Below are positions 1 to 10,679 of a stretch of 64,000 bases of DNA, in pieces. Made by a program: the position numbers and the translations under genes. Numbering within the stretch: position 1 is the first letter of the stretch; every line of letters begins with the position of its first letter. Origin of the DNA: Planctomycetota bacterium (lineage in GTDB: Bacteria; Planctomycetota; B15-G4; JADJEK01); assembly GCA_016213895.1 (NCBI GenBank), contig JACQZJ010000117.1, positions 2,361 to 66,360 on the forward strand, given 5' to 3'. Below the pieces are notes generated by a model that saw only the letters and a list, made by a program, of their open reading frames with translations, did no database searches and had not been told where the DNA came from.

Positions 1-1
1 C

Positions 2-589
2 GAACTGCAGCTTGCGGCCGGCCGCGTGCACCGCTTCGATCTGGATGTCCGCACGGCGCGCCTCGAGGTCCTGGTCCTCGATGGTCGGAGCGGCCTCCCG
101 GCCTGGCCGAGCGACGTCGACGCCTACCGTTGGAATGTCGGCTCGACCGAGATGCCCGAGGCCTGCTTCGGCGACACCGTCACCGGGCGGGACGGCGTGG
201 GGACGTTCGCAACGCTGCCGGCCGGGCGCTACCTGATCCGCGCGGACTCGCCCATGGGCGACGGTCTCGCGAGCGAGGCGGCGATCGTGGACCTCGGCGC
301 GGGCGAATCGCGTCGCGTGGAGATCTGCCGCCAGCCCTTCGCGCGGCTGCTGGTGCGCATACCCTCAGGAACGCCGGACTCCGTGCGTCGCTTCGAGCTG
401 CGCCGCCAGGACGGATGGAGGGTCGACCTGCGCGGTGAGTCCCGCCGCGGCGACACGTGGCAGTGCCCGTTCCTGCCCCCCGGCCGCTTCCTGCTGGTCG
501 CGCTCGGTCAAGACGACAAGGAACTCGCCGCGCTCGACGTCGACCTCCGGCCCGGCGAGGAGACGACCGTCGATCTGCCCGCGGACTGA
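2..589 (+). CDS. hypothetical protein, C-terminal part (beta-sandwich / carboxypeptidase-regulatory-like repeats); 5' end lies outside the window
   Basis: Frame is open from nt 2 (ELQLAAGR precedes the GTG at 26). Protein-like composition (GRYLIRADSPMGDG, repeated 'RxDLR' strands). Converges on the FGE gene. Confidence 0.4.
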   Translation, partial: ELQLAAGRVHRFDLDVRTARLEVLVLDGRSGLPAWPSDVDAYRWNVGSTEMPEACFGDTVTGRDGVGTFATLPAGRYLIRADSPMGDGLASEAAIVDLGAGESRRVEICRQPFARLLVRIPSGTPDSVRRFELRRQDGWRVDLRGESRRGDTWQCPFLPPGRFLLVALGQDDKELAALDVDLRPGEETTVDLPAD

Positions 590-2022
590 GCCGCGTCGTC
601 CGCGCCGCTTCCCTGCGGCGTCCAGATCGAGACCGTGGAATCGACGCATGCCACGCATGCCGACCTGAGGACCCGCCGATCGCCCCCGCGACGCTGGCGC
701 CTGTCGATCCCGCCGTCACCGGCGCCGAGCCACGGCTCGTGCTGGTCGAGAACAACGGGGAGATTCTGCCGGACCAAGCCGTGCTGCGCCTGGAGAACCC
801 CTCCCACCTTCCCATGCACATCGTCGCACACGGCAGGGAAGGACCGGTCGTCGTACACCAGCGTGCGGACGCGCCGCTGCCTGACTGGTCGGAGGTCGGC
901 GGGTTGGAGGAGTACGTCGTCGTGTCTGTGCCGGCGCGCATGGCGTGGCTCTTCGATACGGAACATGGCCGCGATCCCGTGGAGGGCCGCTACGCGGTGC
1001 ATGAGGCCGTTGCTCCCGTGGCGCCAGGCCGGTGGATCGCCAGTCCGCTGTACCGGCATCCCCGTGTGGGCCCCGCCGCTCCGGGCTGGCATCCGAGCGT
1101 CTCCTTCGTGGAATGGAAACGCGCCCGCGCCGACGACCCTGGCTGGGCGGCAACCCAGGTCGTTGTCGCGGAGGGTTGGCTTGTCGATGACGCGGCGCGC
1201 CGAGCGCGCGCAACTGGCGGCGTAGCCGAAGCTGCCGCCGCGCATCACGCGGTTCGGCGCGCTCTGCACCAGCCGCTCAGCATCGCCCTGCCGCACCGGG
1301 AGGTCGTACAGACCATAGCCGTCCCGGCACCACTCCCACACGTTGCCAAACATGTCGTGGAGGCCGAGTCCGTTCGCCCGGTAGGACCCGACCGGCGCGT
1401 GGACCTTGTGCCCGTCGTCCAGGTCCTCCTCGTAGGTCCATCTTGGCGGACCGCCGCTCTCCTTGCAGAAGCGGTCCGCCAGGTTCCCCGCCTCGTCGAG
1501 GTCGAGCTTCTCCCGCCCCGTCTACCAGGGCGTGTCCGTCCCCGCCCGGCATGCGCATTCCCATTGCGCCTCGGTCGGCAGCACCAGACCCAGCCGGCCG
1601 AGCAGCCCCGCGCATTCCTCCCAGCTCACTTGCTCCACGGGATGCAGGAGCGTCGTGGCCTTGCCGGCGATCTTGCTCCCGGGTGAGTAGTAGCTCGGAT
1701 TCGATCCAGGAAACCGCTGCCACTGGCCCTGCGTCATCTCGCACTTCGAGAGCAGGAATGCGTCGAGCGAGACCTGGACGGCGCAGTCGTCCTTGTCCGA
1801 TTCGTTGCCCTCCGCCTCGGGATCGTAGTTCCGGCCCTCGGGGTCCATCGCCTGCGCGCCCATCCAGAACGTGCCAGCCGGAATCAGCACGAACACCATT
1901 CCCGTCTGCCCCGTGAGCACGAGCCTCCCCTGCTCGTCTCGCGCCGGCTTCTCGCCGGTCTGAACGTGCCAGAACTCCCAGAGACCAGAGTCCGGATCGC
2001 GGCCGATCGGCACGAGGCCCAT
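508..2022 (-). pseudogene. formylglycine-generating enzyme (FGE-sulfatase / SUMF1) domain protein interrupted by an in-frame TAG at 1522-1524
   Basis: N-terminal ORF 1522..2022 (MVFVLIPAGTFWMG ... LPTEAQWECACRAGTDTPW*) and ORF 508..1353 (MFGNVWEWCRDGY ... RGGSF ... GCRPARVV) are in the same frame. The 56 codons between them (TGREKLDLDEAGNLADRFCKESGGPPRWTYEEDLDDGHKVHAPVGSYRANGLGLHDMF) also read as FGE domain. The true 3' end is uncertain (domain ends about nt 1130; the frame stays open to 508). Confidence 0.6.
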
Positions 2023-2853
2023 CTACGGCGTGATCGTCAGTCCGTTGTACTTCGGGCACTCGTCCGAGTTCGCGATCGAGGCGACAGCCTGGTCCCACGC
2101 CGCGCGCTCGTTTAGGATCGAGCGCGCTTCGATCGCCCGCGCGAAGGCCAGGCGCTCCTCCACGCTCTTGACCGTCTGCTGGTGCGCGTCGTCCGCGAGG
2201 AAGGCGGAGAGGTCCGAGACCAGAGCCACCAGCGTGTCGTGCCACCAGACGTCTGCGCTGCTCGGGAAGTCGTGCGGCCGCGTGCGCTCGATCTCCGCCT
2301 CGAGCGCGGCGATGCGGGTCTTTCGGTATGCGAGCAACCTCTCCAGCGTCTCGCGATCGTCCCCCTCCGCCGGGACCTGGAGCTTCTGGGAGAGTTCCGC
2401 TGTTTCCGTCTTGAGCGCGGCCAGCTTCGCGTCCCGCGCGTGCGGCGCGGGCGTGCCGCGCGAGCGCAGCTCCGCGAGCGTGGCCTGGTGCTGCGCGAGG
2501 CGGCCTGCGACGCCGCGCGCTTCCCCGAGCCACTCCTCCATGGCCGCGATCTTGTCCGGGTGCGCAGGCCAGAGCTCCTTCATGCGCGCCTTCAGGTCAG
2601 CGAGCGCCTCCACGTCCGAGAGCAGAAGCTGGCGCTGCCTCTCGGCTTCCTCGGCTCGGCGCTCTGCAGATGCGGCGTCGTCTCGCGCCGTCTCCCGCTC
2701 GAAGAGTCCACAGCCCGCGAGCAGCACGGAGGCAAGAAACGCCGCTGCCGCCGTGGCCGTGCGCGCAGGCCCGCCCGGGATCTTGGACTGATCCTCCCGA
2801 TCGCGCCTCAGACGCTCGGCCTGCTTCCTCGGCCCGGACGGATCGCGCGGCAT
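2023..2853 (-). CDS. putative lipoprotein, coiled-coil rich, hypothetical
   Basis: Signal peptide with lipobox (LLAGC), heptad-like Ala/Glu/Leu-rich sequence. TAG stop immediately followed by the ATG of the FGE gene (TAGATG), i.e. translational coupling. Confidence 0.5.
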   Translation of the reverse strand: MPRDPSGPRKQAERLRRDREDQSKIPGGPARTATAAAAFLASVLLAGCGLFERETARDDAASAERRAEEAERQRQLLLSDVEALADLKARMKELWPAHPDKIAAMEEWLGEARGVAGRLAQHQATLAELRSRGTPAPHARDAKLAALKTETAELSQKLQVPAEGDDRETLERLLAYRKTRIAALEAEIERTRPHDFPSSADVWWHDTLVALVSDLSAFLADDAHQQTVKSVEERLAFARAIEARSILNERAAWDQAVASIANSDECPKYNGLTITP

Positions 2854-2919
2854 GCCCCGGCCTCCTTCGCTGGTGAGACCGCGGCGAGTGTAGGGGAAGT
2901 GGGCAGGCCGGGCCAGCGG

Positions 2920-3198
2920 CTACGCCAGCACCGCCGCGAGGGTCGGCGAGTCGATGACGCGATCGAGCCAGCGATCGAGAGTCGGGAGGTCAGCGGCCTG
3001 GATGCGGGCGAGCGCCGCACTGTCCAGCTCGCCGAAGCGCACCCGGAGCAGCCGCCCGAGGCTCGCTCGCGTTCCCGCCTCGAGTCCCTCCTGGCGGCCC
3101 TCTTGGCGGCCCTGCTGGCGGCCTTCCTGCCGGCCCTCGGCCCTGAGCTTCTCCGCAAGGTTCATGACCGTCTCCTCGACCTTCGGGCTCGCGTGCGG
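2920..3198 (-). repeat. tandem duplicate of the 3' terminal 279 bp (93 codons) of the Rpn-family gene (DUF4351-like tail), in frame directly after its TAG stop
   Basis: 3199..3477 and 2920..3198 align end to end: the last ~110 bp are identical, the rest about 80% identical. The encoded peptide PHASPKVEETVMNLAEKLRAEGRQEGRQQGRQEG...AAVLA mirrors the gene's C-terminus. Contains an internal 12-bp (RQEG)n micro-repeat. Confidence 0.55.
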
Positions 3199-4224
3199 CT
3201 ACGCCAGCACCTCCGCGAGCGTGCTCGCGTTGACGAACCGATCGAGCCAGCGCTCGAGAGTCGGGAGGTCGGCCGCCTGGATGCGAGCGAGCGCCGCGCC
3301 GTCCAGCTCGCCGAAGCGCGCGCGCAGGAGCCGCACGAGGCTCTGCCTGGCCCCGGCCTCGAGTCCTTCCCGCCGGCCTTCCTGCCGGCCTTCGCGCCGG
3401 CCCTGCTGGCGGCCTTCCTGCCGGCCCTCGGCCCTGAGCTTCTCCGCAAGGTTCATGACCGTCTCCTCGACCTTCGGGCTCGCGTGCACACGTGCGCACA
3501 GCGCCTTCATCCCGGCCTCTGTCACGCACTCGCCGCGCGCCTCGTGCAAGTAGTGTAGCAGCATCTCGAAGGCCCGCAAACCCGAGCGCTCGTCGAGCAG
3601 CCGCGCGAACAGCTCGCCCCACTCGAGCATGCACGCCTGGAAGTCTGGCGCATGGACGTTCCTCAGCGCGAGCAGCACCAGGAGCGCCAGGGCCGGCTCG
3701 ATCGCCAGCCTCGCCTTCAGCTCGGCATCCGTGAAACGCGACAGGTCGATCAACACGATGCGAAACTCGGGCACGTGCTCCCAGAATGCGCCGCGCCTCC
3801 CTGCTCCCTCCGGCATCAGCTCGGAGAAGCGCTCTGGCGCCGACCACGGCCGATCGCCGTGGTAGAGCACGACGGGCAGGATGGGCGGCAGCGTCCTGGC
3901 GTTTGGGTTCGCCCGAAACCACCTCTCCCAGATCCGCGCCTCGGCGCTCAGCAGACGCCACGGCATGACCGGGTCCGGCGTGCTCTGGTGCTCGAAGAGC
4001 ACGTAGAGGAGCGCGACGTCCCTTCCCATCCGGACCGAGAAAAGCAGGTCCGTGAAACGCTCGGTGAGCTTCTCGTCCACGAAGCTGCCGGGCACGAGTT
4101 TGAGGGTCGCGAAGTCGATGGCGTCGGCGAGGTCCTGCGGCAGGAGGTTCCTGAGCAGGGCTCTGGCTTGCGGCGCTTCCGAGAACACCGCCTTCACCAG
4201 TTTGTCGTGCGGCTGGCCGGTCAT
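3199..4224 (-). CDS. Rpn family recombination-promoting nuclease / putative transposase (PDDEXK_7, YhgA-like) with DUF4351-like C-terminal tail
   Basis: N-terminus MTGQPHDKLVKAVFSEAP...DFATLKL...FTDLLFSV...VLFEHQSTPDPVMPWRLL matches the Rpn/Transposase_31 signature. Start moved to the internal ATG at 4224; the 63 upstream codons of the ORF look non-coding. Confidence 0.7.
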   Translation of the reverse strand: MTGQPHDKLVKAVFSEAPQARALLRNLLPQDLADAIDFATLKLVPGSFVDEKLTERFTDLLFSVRMGRDVALLYVLFEHQSTPDPVMPWRLLSAEARIWERWFRANPNARTLPPILPVVLYHGDRPWSAPERFSELMPEGAGRRGAFWEHVPEFRIVLIDLSRFTDAELKARLAIEPALALLVLLALRNVHAPDFQACMLEWGELFARLLDERSGLRAFEMLLHYLHEARGECVTEAGMKALCARVHASPKVEETVMNLAEKLRAEGRQEGRQQGRREGRQEGRREGLEAGARQSLVRLLRARFGELDGAALARIQAADLPTLERWLDRFVNASTLAEVLA

Positions 4225-4445
4225 GGCGTCCTGCCCGTGCGAGGTCGTCGCCCTGCAGGGACGGGGCGCGCGCCATGGGGTTACACTCAGAAACCGCTGG
4301 CCCGAGCCAGGTGCTCCCGTGCGCGGCGCTTCGCCGGCCGCCGGGGCCGGATTCCGCGCGCGATTCGGTTTTTCCCCTTGCGCTCTGGCCCACTGAAGCA
4401 ATAAGAGGACCATTCGAGTCCTATTTTGCGAACCCCCGTAAGCTC

Positions 4446-4906
4446 ATGTTCCGCATGACCCGACAGGCTGACTACGGCATCGTGCTGCTCGCGTGCTTCG
4501 CGCAGCGCGAGGAGGGCGATTCGCTCAACGCTCGCGACCTCGCCGCCGAGGTGCACCTGCCCGTGCCCATGGCCAGCAAGATCCTGAAGGCGCTGGCGCG
4601 CGCCGGCCTGCTCGCCTCGCAGCGCGGCGTGAACGGCGGCTACCGCCTGGCGCGCCGGCCCGACCAGATCTCCCTGGCCGAGATCATCAACGCGCTCGAG
4701 GGGCCGATCGGCATCACCGACTGCTCGAGCGGCGACCACTCCTCCTGCAACATCGCCGCCCTGTGCGCGGTGCGCGGCAAGTGGCAGAGCATCAGCGGCG
4801 CAATGCGCGACGCGCTCGGCAGCATCAGCCTGGCCTCCATGGCCGGGCCGAGGCCGCTCCCCCCCGCGCGCGAGCGCGGCAAGCGGGCGCGCAAAGAAGG
4901 AACCTC

Positions 4907-4910
<4 letters not shown>
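4446..4910 (+). CDS. Rrf2 family transcriptional regulator (IscR/SufR-like), likely regulator of the downstream suf operon
   Basis: [20 protein letters not shown]...[44 protein letters not shown] winged-helix Rrf2 signature, and three Cys ([15 protein letters not shown]) as Fe-S cluster ligands. Sits divergent from the Rpn gene, immediately 5' of sufB. Confidence 0.75.
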
Positions 4911-6352
<1,442 letters not shown>

Positions 6353-6411
6353 GACGCGCACGTCAATCGACAGGGAGGGCGGAAGGCCAAGAACCCGCCG
6401 CCACGAAGCAC

Positions 6412-7173
6412 ATGCTGAAGATCACCAACCTCCAGGCCCGCGTCGCCGGCGGCAAGCAGATCCTGAACGGCGTCAACCTCGAGGTGCGCCCCGGCGAGGT
6501 GCACGCCATCATGGGACCGAACGGCTCGGGCAAAAGCACGCTGGCCCACGTGCTGGCCGGGCGCGAGGGCTACGAGATCATCGGCGGGACGGTCGAGTAC
6601 CAGGGCCAGGACCTCTTGGCGCTCGCGCCCGAGGAGCGCGCGCGCGCCGGCGTGTTTCTCGCCTTCCAGTATCCAGTCGAGATCCCGGGCGTGAGCAACA
6701 TGTTCTTCTTGAGGACCGCGCTCAACGAGATCCGGCGCCACCGCGGCGAGGAGGAGGTCGACGCCATGGACTTCATGGCGTTGGTGAAGAAGAAGCTCAA
6801 GATCGTGGACATCGACGAGGCGCTGCTCAAGCGGCCGGTGAACGCGGGCTTCTCCGGCGGGGAGAAGAAGCGCAACGAGATCTTCCAGCTCGCCGTCCTC
6901 GAGCCGACGCTCGCCATCCTCGACGAGACCGACTCGGGCCTGGACATCGACGCGCTCCGGACCGTGGCCTGGGGCGTGAACGCCATGCGCAGCCCGAAGC
7001 GCGCCATCGTCATGGTCACCCACTACCAGCGGCTGCTCGAGTACATCGTCCCGGACCGCGTGCACGTGCTGGCGGGCGGCCGCATCCTGCGCTCGGGCGG
7101 CAAGGACCTCGCGCTGCACCTCGAGGAGCAGGGCTACAAGTGGGTGAAGGACGAGACAGCGGGAGTCAGGTGA
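6412..7173 (+). CDS. sufC: Fe-S cluster assembly ATPase SufC
   Basis: ABC ATPase motifs: Walker A GPNGSGKST, signature FSGGEKKR, Walker B LAILDETDSGLD. RBS GGGAGGG upstream. Confidence 0.9.
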   Translation: MLKITNLQARVAGGKQILNGVNLEVRPGEVHAIMGPNGSGKSTLAHVLAGREGYEIIGGTVEYQGQDLLALAPEERARAGVFLAFQYPVEIPGVSNMFFLRTALNEIRRHRGEEEVDAMDFMALVKKKLKIVDIDEALLKRPVNAGFSGGEKKRNEIFQLAVLEPTLAILDETDSGLDIDALRTVAWGVNAMRSPKRAIVMVTHYQRLLEYIVPDRVHVLAGGRILRSGGKDLALHLEEQGYKWVKDETAGVR

Positions 7174-7175
7174 TC

Positions 7176-8525
7176 ATGGCGGACACGGAGACGCTCGCCG
7201 GCGCAGCGCAAGCCGAGGACACCGGCCGGCAGGATTTCTCCGCCTTCCTCGCCGCACGCCGCGGCCAGGAGCCGGAGTGGCTGGAGCAGGCGCGCGCGGA
7301 CGCATTCGCGCGCTTCTCCGAGCGCGGCTACCCCACGCGCCGCGACGAGGACTGGAAGTACACGAGCGTGGAGCCGCTCTGCGCCACGCGCTTCGCCGCC
7401 GCTCCCCGGCCGAACCCGGCGGCGCTCGTTCCCTGGCTCGACCTGCGCGGCGCCGCCGCGCCCTTGCGCGTCGTGCTGGTGAACGGCCGCTTCGAGCGCG
7501 GGCTCTCCTCGCTCGAGGCGCTGCCGGCCGGCCTCGTCGTCTCCGGCCTGAAGGAGGCGCTCGCCGCCGGCGAGGAAGACGCGCGCGCCCTGCTGCTCTC
7601 CTCGCGCCCGGTCGAGGACGCGTTCACCGTGCTCAACACGGCCTTGTTCGAGGACGCGGTGCTCATCCGCGTGGCCGCGGGCGCGGCCATTTCTCCGCCG
7701 CTCGAGGTCTTGAGCCTCGCGACGACCGCGCGTGCGCCGTTCGCCTCGCGGCCGCGCGTCGCGCTTGCGCTCGCGGAGGGCGCCCGCCTCACGCTGCTCG
7801 ACTGCCACGCCGGCTGCCGGGACGACGACGTCTACTTCAGCAACGCGCTCCTCGACGCCGACCTCGGGCAGGGCGCGTTCCTCGAGCACGTGCGTGTCGA
7901 GGACGAGGCCCGCTCCGCCTTCCACGTGTCCGCCTGCCGCGTGGCCGTGGCCGGGAGCGCGACCTACAACTCCACCTTCGTCACCTTCGGGGGGCGCCTG
8001 GCGCGCAATCGCCTGCACGTCGTGCTCGCGCGGGAAGAGGCGCGCGCTGACCTGCGCGGCCTCTACCGCATCGACTCGGACCAGCACGCCGACCACCACA
8101 CCACGATAGATCACGCCGCGCCGAAGACGACCAGCCGCGAGCTGTACAAGGGAGTCATCGACGGCAAGGCGCAGGGCGTGTTCTGCGGCCGCATCCTGGT
8201 GCGCCCCGGCGCGCAGAAGACCAGCGCGGAGCAGTCCAACGCCAACCTGCTGCTCGCGCGCGAGGCCGCGGCGCACAGCACGCCGCAGCTCGAGATCTAC
8301 GCGGACGACGTGCAGTGCCGCCACGGCTCGACCATCGGACAGCTCGACGAGGAGATGCTCTTCTACATTCGCTCGCGCGGCATCGACCGCGCGGCGGCGT
8401 GCGGCCTGCTCACCTACGCCTTCGGCAACGAGGTCATCGAGCGGATCGGCTTCGAGCCGCTGCGCGACCGTCTGTCCCGCCGGCTCCTCGCGAAGACCGG
8501 CGCCTCACGAGGCCAGGAAGAATGA
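7176..8525 (+). CDS. sufD: Fe-S cluster assembly protein SufD
   Basis: SufD-like beta-helix protein following sufC. The ATG at 7176 is 2 nt after the sufC TGA. C-terminal …DVQCRHGSTIGQLDEEMLFYIRSRGI… is typical of SufB/D. Confidence 0.8.
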   Translation: MADTETLAGAAQAEDTGRQDFSAFLAARRGQEPEWLEQARADAFARFSERGYPTRRDEDWKYTSVEPLCATRFAAAPRPNPAALVPWLDLRGAAAPLRVVLVNGRFERGLSSLEALPAGLVVSGLKEALAAGEEDARALLLSSRPVEDAFTVLNTALFEDAVLIRVAAGAAISPPLEVLSLATTARAPFASRPRVALALAEGARLTLLDCHAGCRDDDVYFSNALLDADLGQGAFLEHVRVEDEARSAFHVSACRVAVAGSATYNSTFVTFGGRLARNRLHVVLAREEARADLRGLYRIDSDQHADHHTTIDHAAPKTTSRELYKGVIDGKAQGVFCGRILVRPGAQKTSAEQSNANLLLAREAAAHSTPQLEIYADDVQCRHGSTIGQLDEEMLFYIRSRGIDRAAACGLLTYAFGNEVIERIGFEPLRDRLSRRLLAKTGASRGQEE

Positions 8526-9775
8526 CCAGCGCAGCGCACACCGCTCCCGCGAACGAGCAGACCTACGACGTGCACCGGATCAAGGCGGACTTCCCGATCC
8601 TCGCGCAGCAGGTGCACGGCCATCCTCTGGTTTACCTGGACAACGCCGCGACCACGCAGAAGCCGCGCGCGGTCATCTCCGCGCTCGAGCACTACTACGC
8701 CGCGGACAACGCCAACATCCACCGCGGCGTGCACGAGCTGTCGGGCCGCGCCACCAAGCAGTACGAGGAGGCGCGCGCCGCGGTGCGCGCCTTCCTGAAC
8801 GCCGCGGACGACCGGGAGATCATCTTCGTGCGCGGCGCGACCGAGGGGATCAACCTGGTGGCCGACAGCTTCGGGCGGTCCTTCCGCGCCGGCGACGAGA
8901 TCATCGTCTCGACCATGGAGCACCACTCGAACATCGTCCCCTGGCAGATGCTCTGCGAGCGCAGCGGCGCAGTGTTGAAGGTCGTGCCCATCGATGACGA
9001 CGGCGAGTTCCTGATGGACGAGTACGAGAAGCTGCTCTCGCCGCGCACCAGGATGGTCGGCATCGTGCACCAGTCGAACTCGCTCGGCACGGTGAACCCG
9101 GTCAAGGAGACCATCGCCCGCGCCCACGCCGCGGGCGCGCGCGTGCTGGTCGACGGCGCCCAGGCGGCGCCGCACCAGCGCCTGGACGTGCGCGCGCTCG
9201 ACACCGACTTCTACGTGCTCTCCGGGCACAAGATGTACGGGCCGACCGGCATCGGCGTGCTCTACGGCAAGCGCGAGCTGCTCGAGAGCATGCCCCCCTA
9301 CCAGGGCGGCGGCGACATGATCCTCTCGGTCTCCTTCGAGAAGACGGTCTACAACAAGCTGCCGTACAAGTTCGAGGCCGGCACGCCGCACATCGCCGGA
9401 CCCATCGGCCTGAAGGCGGCGATCGACTACATGCAGGCGGTCGGGCTCGAGCGCATCGCCGCGCACGAGCACGAGCTGCTCGCCTACGGCTGCGAGCTCT
9501 TGGCGGAGATCCCCGGCCTGCGCATGATCGGGACCGCGGCGGTCAGGTCGAGCGTGCTCTCCTTCGTGCTGGAAGGCATCCACCCGCACGACATCGGCAC
9601 CATTCTCGACCGCGAGGGCATCGCCATCCGCACCGGCCATCACTGCGCGCAGCCCGTCATGGCGCGTTACGGCGTTCCGGCCACGGCGCGCGCGTCCCTG
9701 GCGATGTACAATTCCCGTTCCGATGTCGAGGCCCTGGCCCGCGGGCTGCGAAAGACGATCGAGGTGTTCTCCTGA
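8522..9775 (+). CDS. sufS: cysteine desulfurase SufS (class V PLP aminotransferase)
   Basis: PLP-lysine motif SGHKMYGPTGIG, catalytic loop RTGHHCAQP. ATGA overlap with sufD. Confidence 0.9.
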   Translation: MTSAAHTAPANEQTYDVHRIKADFPILAQQVHGHPLVYLDNAATTQKPRAVISALEHYYAADNANIHRGVHELSGRATKQYEEARAAVRAFLNAADDREIIFVRGATEGINLVADSFGRSFRAGDEIIVSTMEHHSNIVPWQMLCERSGAVLKVVPIDDDGEFLMDEYEKLLSPRTRMVGIVHQSNSLGTVNPVKETIARAHAAGARVLVDGAQAAPHQRLDVRALDTDFYVLSGHKMYGPTGIGVLYGKRELLESMPPYQGGGDMILSVSFEKTVYNKLPYKFEAGTPHIAGPIGLKAAIDYMQAVGLERIAAHEHELLAYGCELLAEIPGLRMIGTAAVRSSVLSFVLEGIHPHDIGTILDREGIAIRTGHHCAQPVMARYGVPATARASLAMYNSRSDVEALARGLRKTIEVFS

Positions 9776-10224
9776 TGGACGACCTGCGCGACCTCTACCA
9801 GGAGGTCATACTGGACCACGGCAAGCACCCGCGGAACTTCCGCAAGGCGCCGGCGGCCAACCGCACCGCGCACGGGTACAACCCCCTGTGCGGCGACCAG
9901 GTCGAGATCTTCCTCGAGCTGGACGAGGGCGGCGTCGTCAAGGACATCTGCTTCCAGGGGAGCGGCTGCGCCATCTCCACCGCCTCGACCTCGATGATGA
10001 CGCAGGCGCTCAAGGGCAAGACGCTCGCGCAGGCGCGCGCCCTGTTCGAAGAGTTCCACGCCCTCATCACCGGCACGGGCGAGCCGGACCCGGAGAAGCT
10101 CGGCAAGCTCGCGGTCTTCTCGGGCGTGCGCGAGTTCCCGAACCGCGCCAAGTGCGCGACCCTGGCCTGGCACACGATGTGCGCCGCCCTGGAGAACCGG
10201 GCCGAGCCGGTCTCCACCGAGTAG
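9775..10224 (+). CDS. sufU: SUF system NifU/IscU-family Fe-S scaffold/sulfur-transfer protein (SufU-like)
   Basis: LYQEVILDHGKHPRN…NPLCGDQVEIFL…QGSGCAISTAS…NRAKCATLAWH: the three conserved Cys of the IscU/SufU family. Confidence 0.7.
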   Translation: MDDLRDLYQEVILDHGKHPRNFRKAPAANRTAHGYNPLCGDQVEIFLELDEGGVVKDICFQGSGCAISTASTSMMTQALKGKTLAQARALFEEFHALITGTGEPDPEKLGKLAVFSGVREFPNRAKCATLAWHTMCAALENRAEPVSTE

Positions 10225-10242
10225 CCCAGCGGGAGCGCGAGC

Positions 10243-10671
10243 ATGCTGTTCGACGAGCACAAGAAGGGCAAGAAGGAGGTCACGCCGCCGCCGGCCGCTC
10301 CTCCCGCCGCGCCGCCGGCCGCGGGCGCTCCCGCGCGCGCGCCGCACGCGGTCGTGGACGATCCGGACTCGCCGCTCAGGGAGGCGGTGATCGCCGCGCT
10401 GAAGACGGTCTACGACCCCGAGATCCCGGTGGACGTCTACGAGCTGGGGCTCATCTACGGCGTGCTCATCAGCAAGGAAGGCGCCGTGCACGTCAACATG
10501 ACGCTCACCACGCCGCACTGCCCGGCCGCGGGCTACCTGCCGCTCGACGTGAAGGCGCACGTCAAGGCGGTCGCCGGTGTGACCGACTGCTCGGTCGCGA
10601 TCGTCTGGGATCCGCCCTGGGACAAGGACATGATCTCGGAAGCGGGCCGGCTGCAGCTCGGGCTGATGTAG
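10243..10671 (+). CDS. sufT: Fe-S assembly protein SufT (DUF59 / MIP18 family)
   Basis: DUF59 core (VYDPEIPVDVYELGLIYGV…TLTTPHCPAAGYL…WDPPWDKDMISEAGRLQLGLM) with an N-terminal Pro/Ala repeat linker. Confidence 0.7.
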   Translation: MLFDEHKKGKKEVTPPPAAPPAAPPAAGAPARAPHAVVDDPDSPLREAVIAALKTVYDPEIPVDVYELGLIYGVLISKEGAVHVNMTLTTPHCPAAGYLPLDVKAHVKAVAGVTDCSVAIVWDPPWDKDMISEAGRLQLGLM

Positions 10672-10679
10672 GCCGCTTC

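Noticed and set aside
508-1128. About 200-codon C-terminal extension of the FGE ORF beyond the conserved domain end
   Set aside because: The composition is Arg/Ser/Ala-rich and repetitive, and it overlaps the convergent gene 2..589. It is more likely a non-coding read-on after a lost stop (the gene is already disrupted) than real protein. Kept inside the pseudogene span but not called as a domain.
2020-2025. Possible amber read-through fusing the coiled-coil lipoprotein to the FGE protein (same frame; TAG immediately followed by ATG)
   Set aside because: TAG-ATG abutment is the classic stop/start arrangement of translationally coupled genes. The lipoprotein has its own signal peptide, and the FGE domain begins right after the ATG, as expected for a separate protein.
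2182-4393. Long plus- and minus-strand ORFs (458 aa and 467 aa) with internally repeated peptide blocks
   Set aside because: They are off-frame or antisense reads of the Rpn gene and its tandem duplication. The repeated blocks simply mirror the DNA duplication; Rpn homology is in a different frame.
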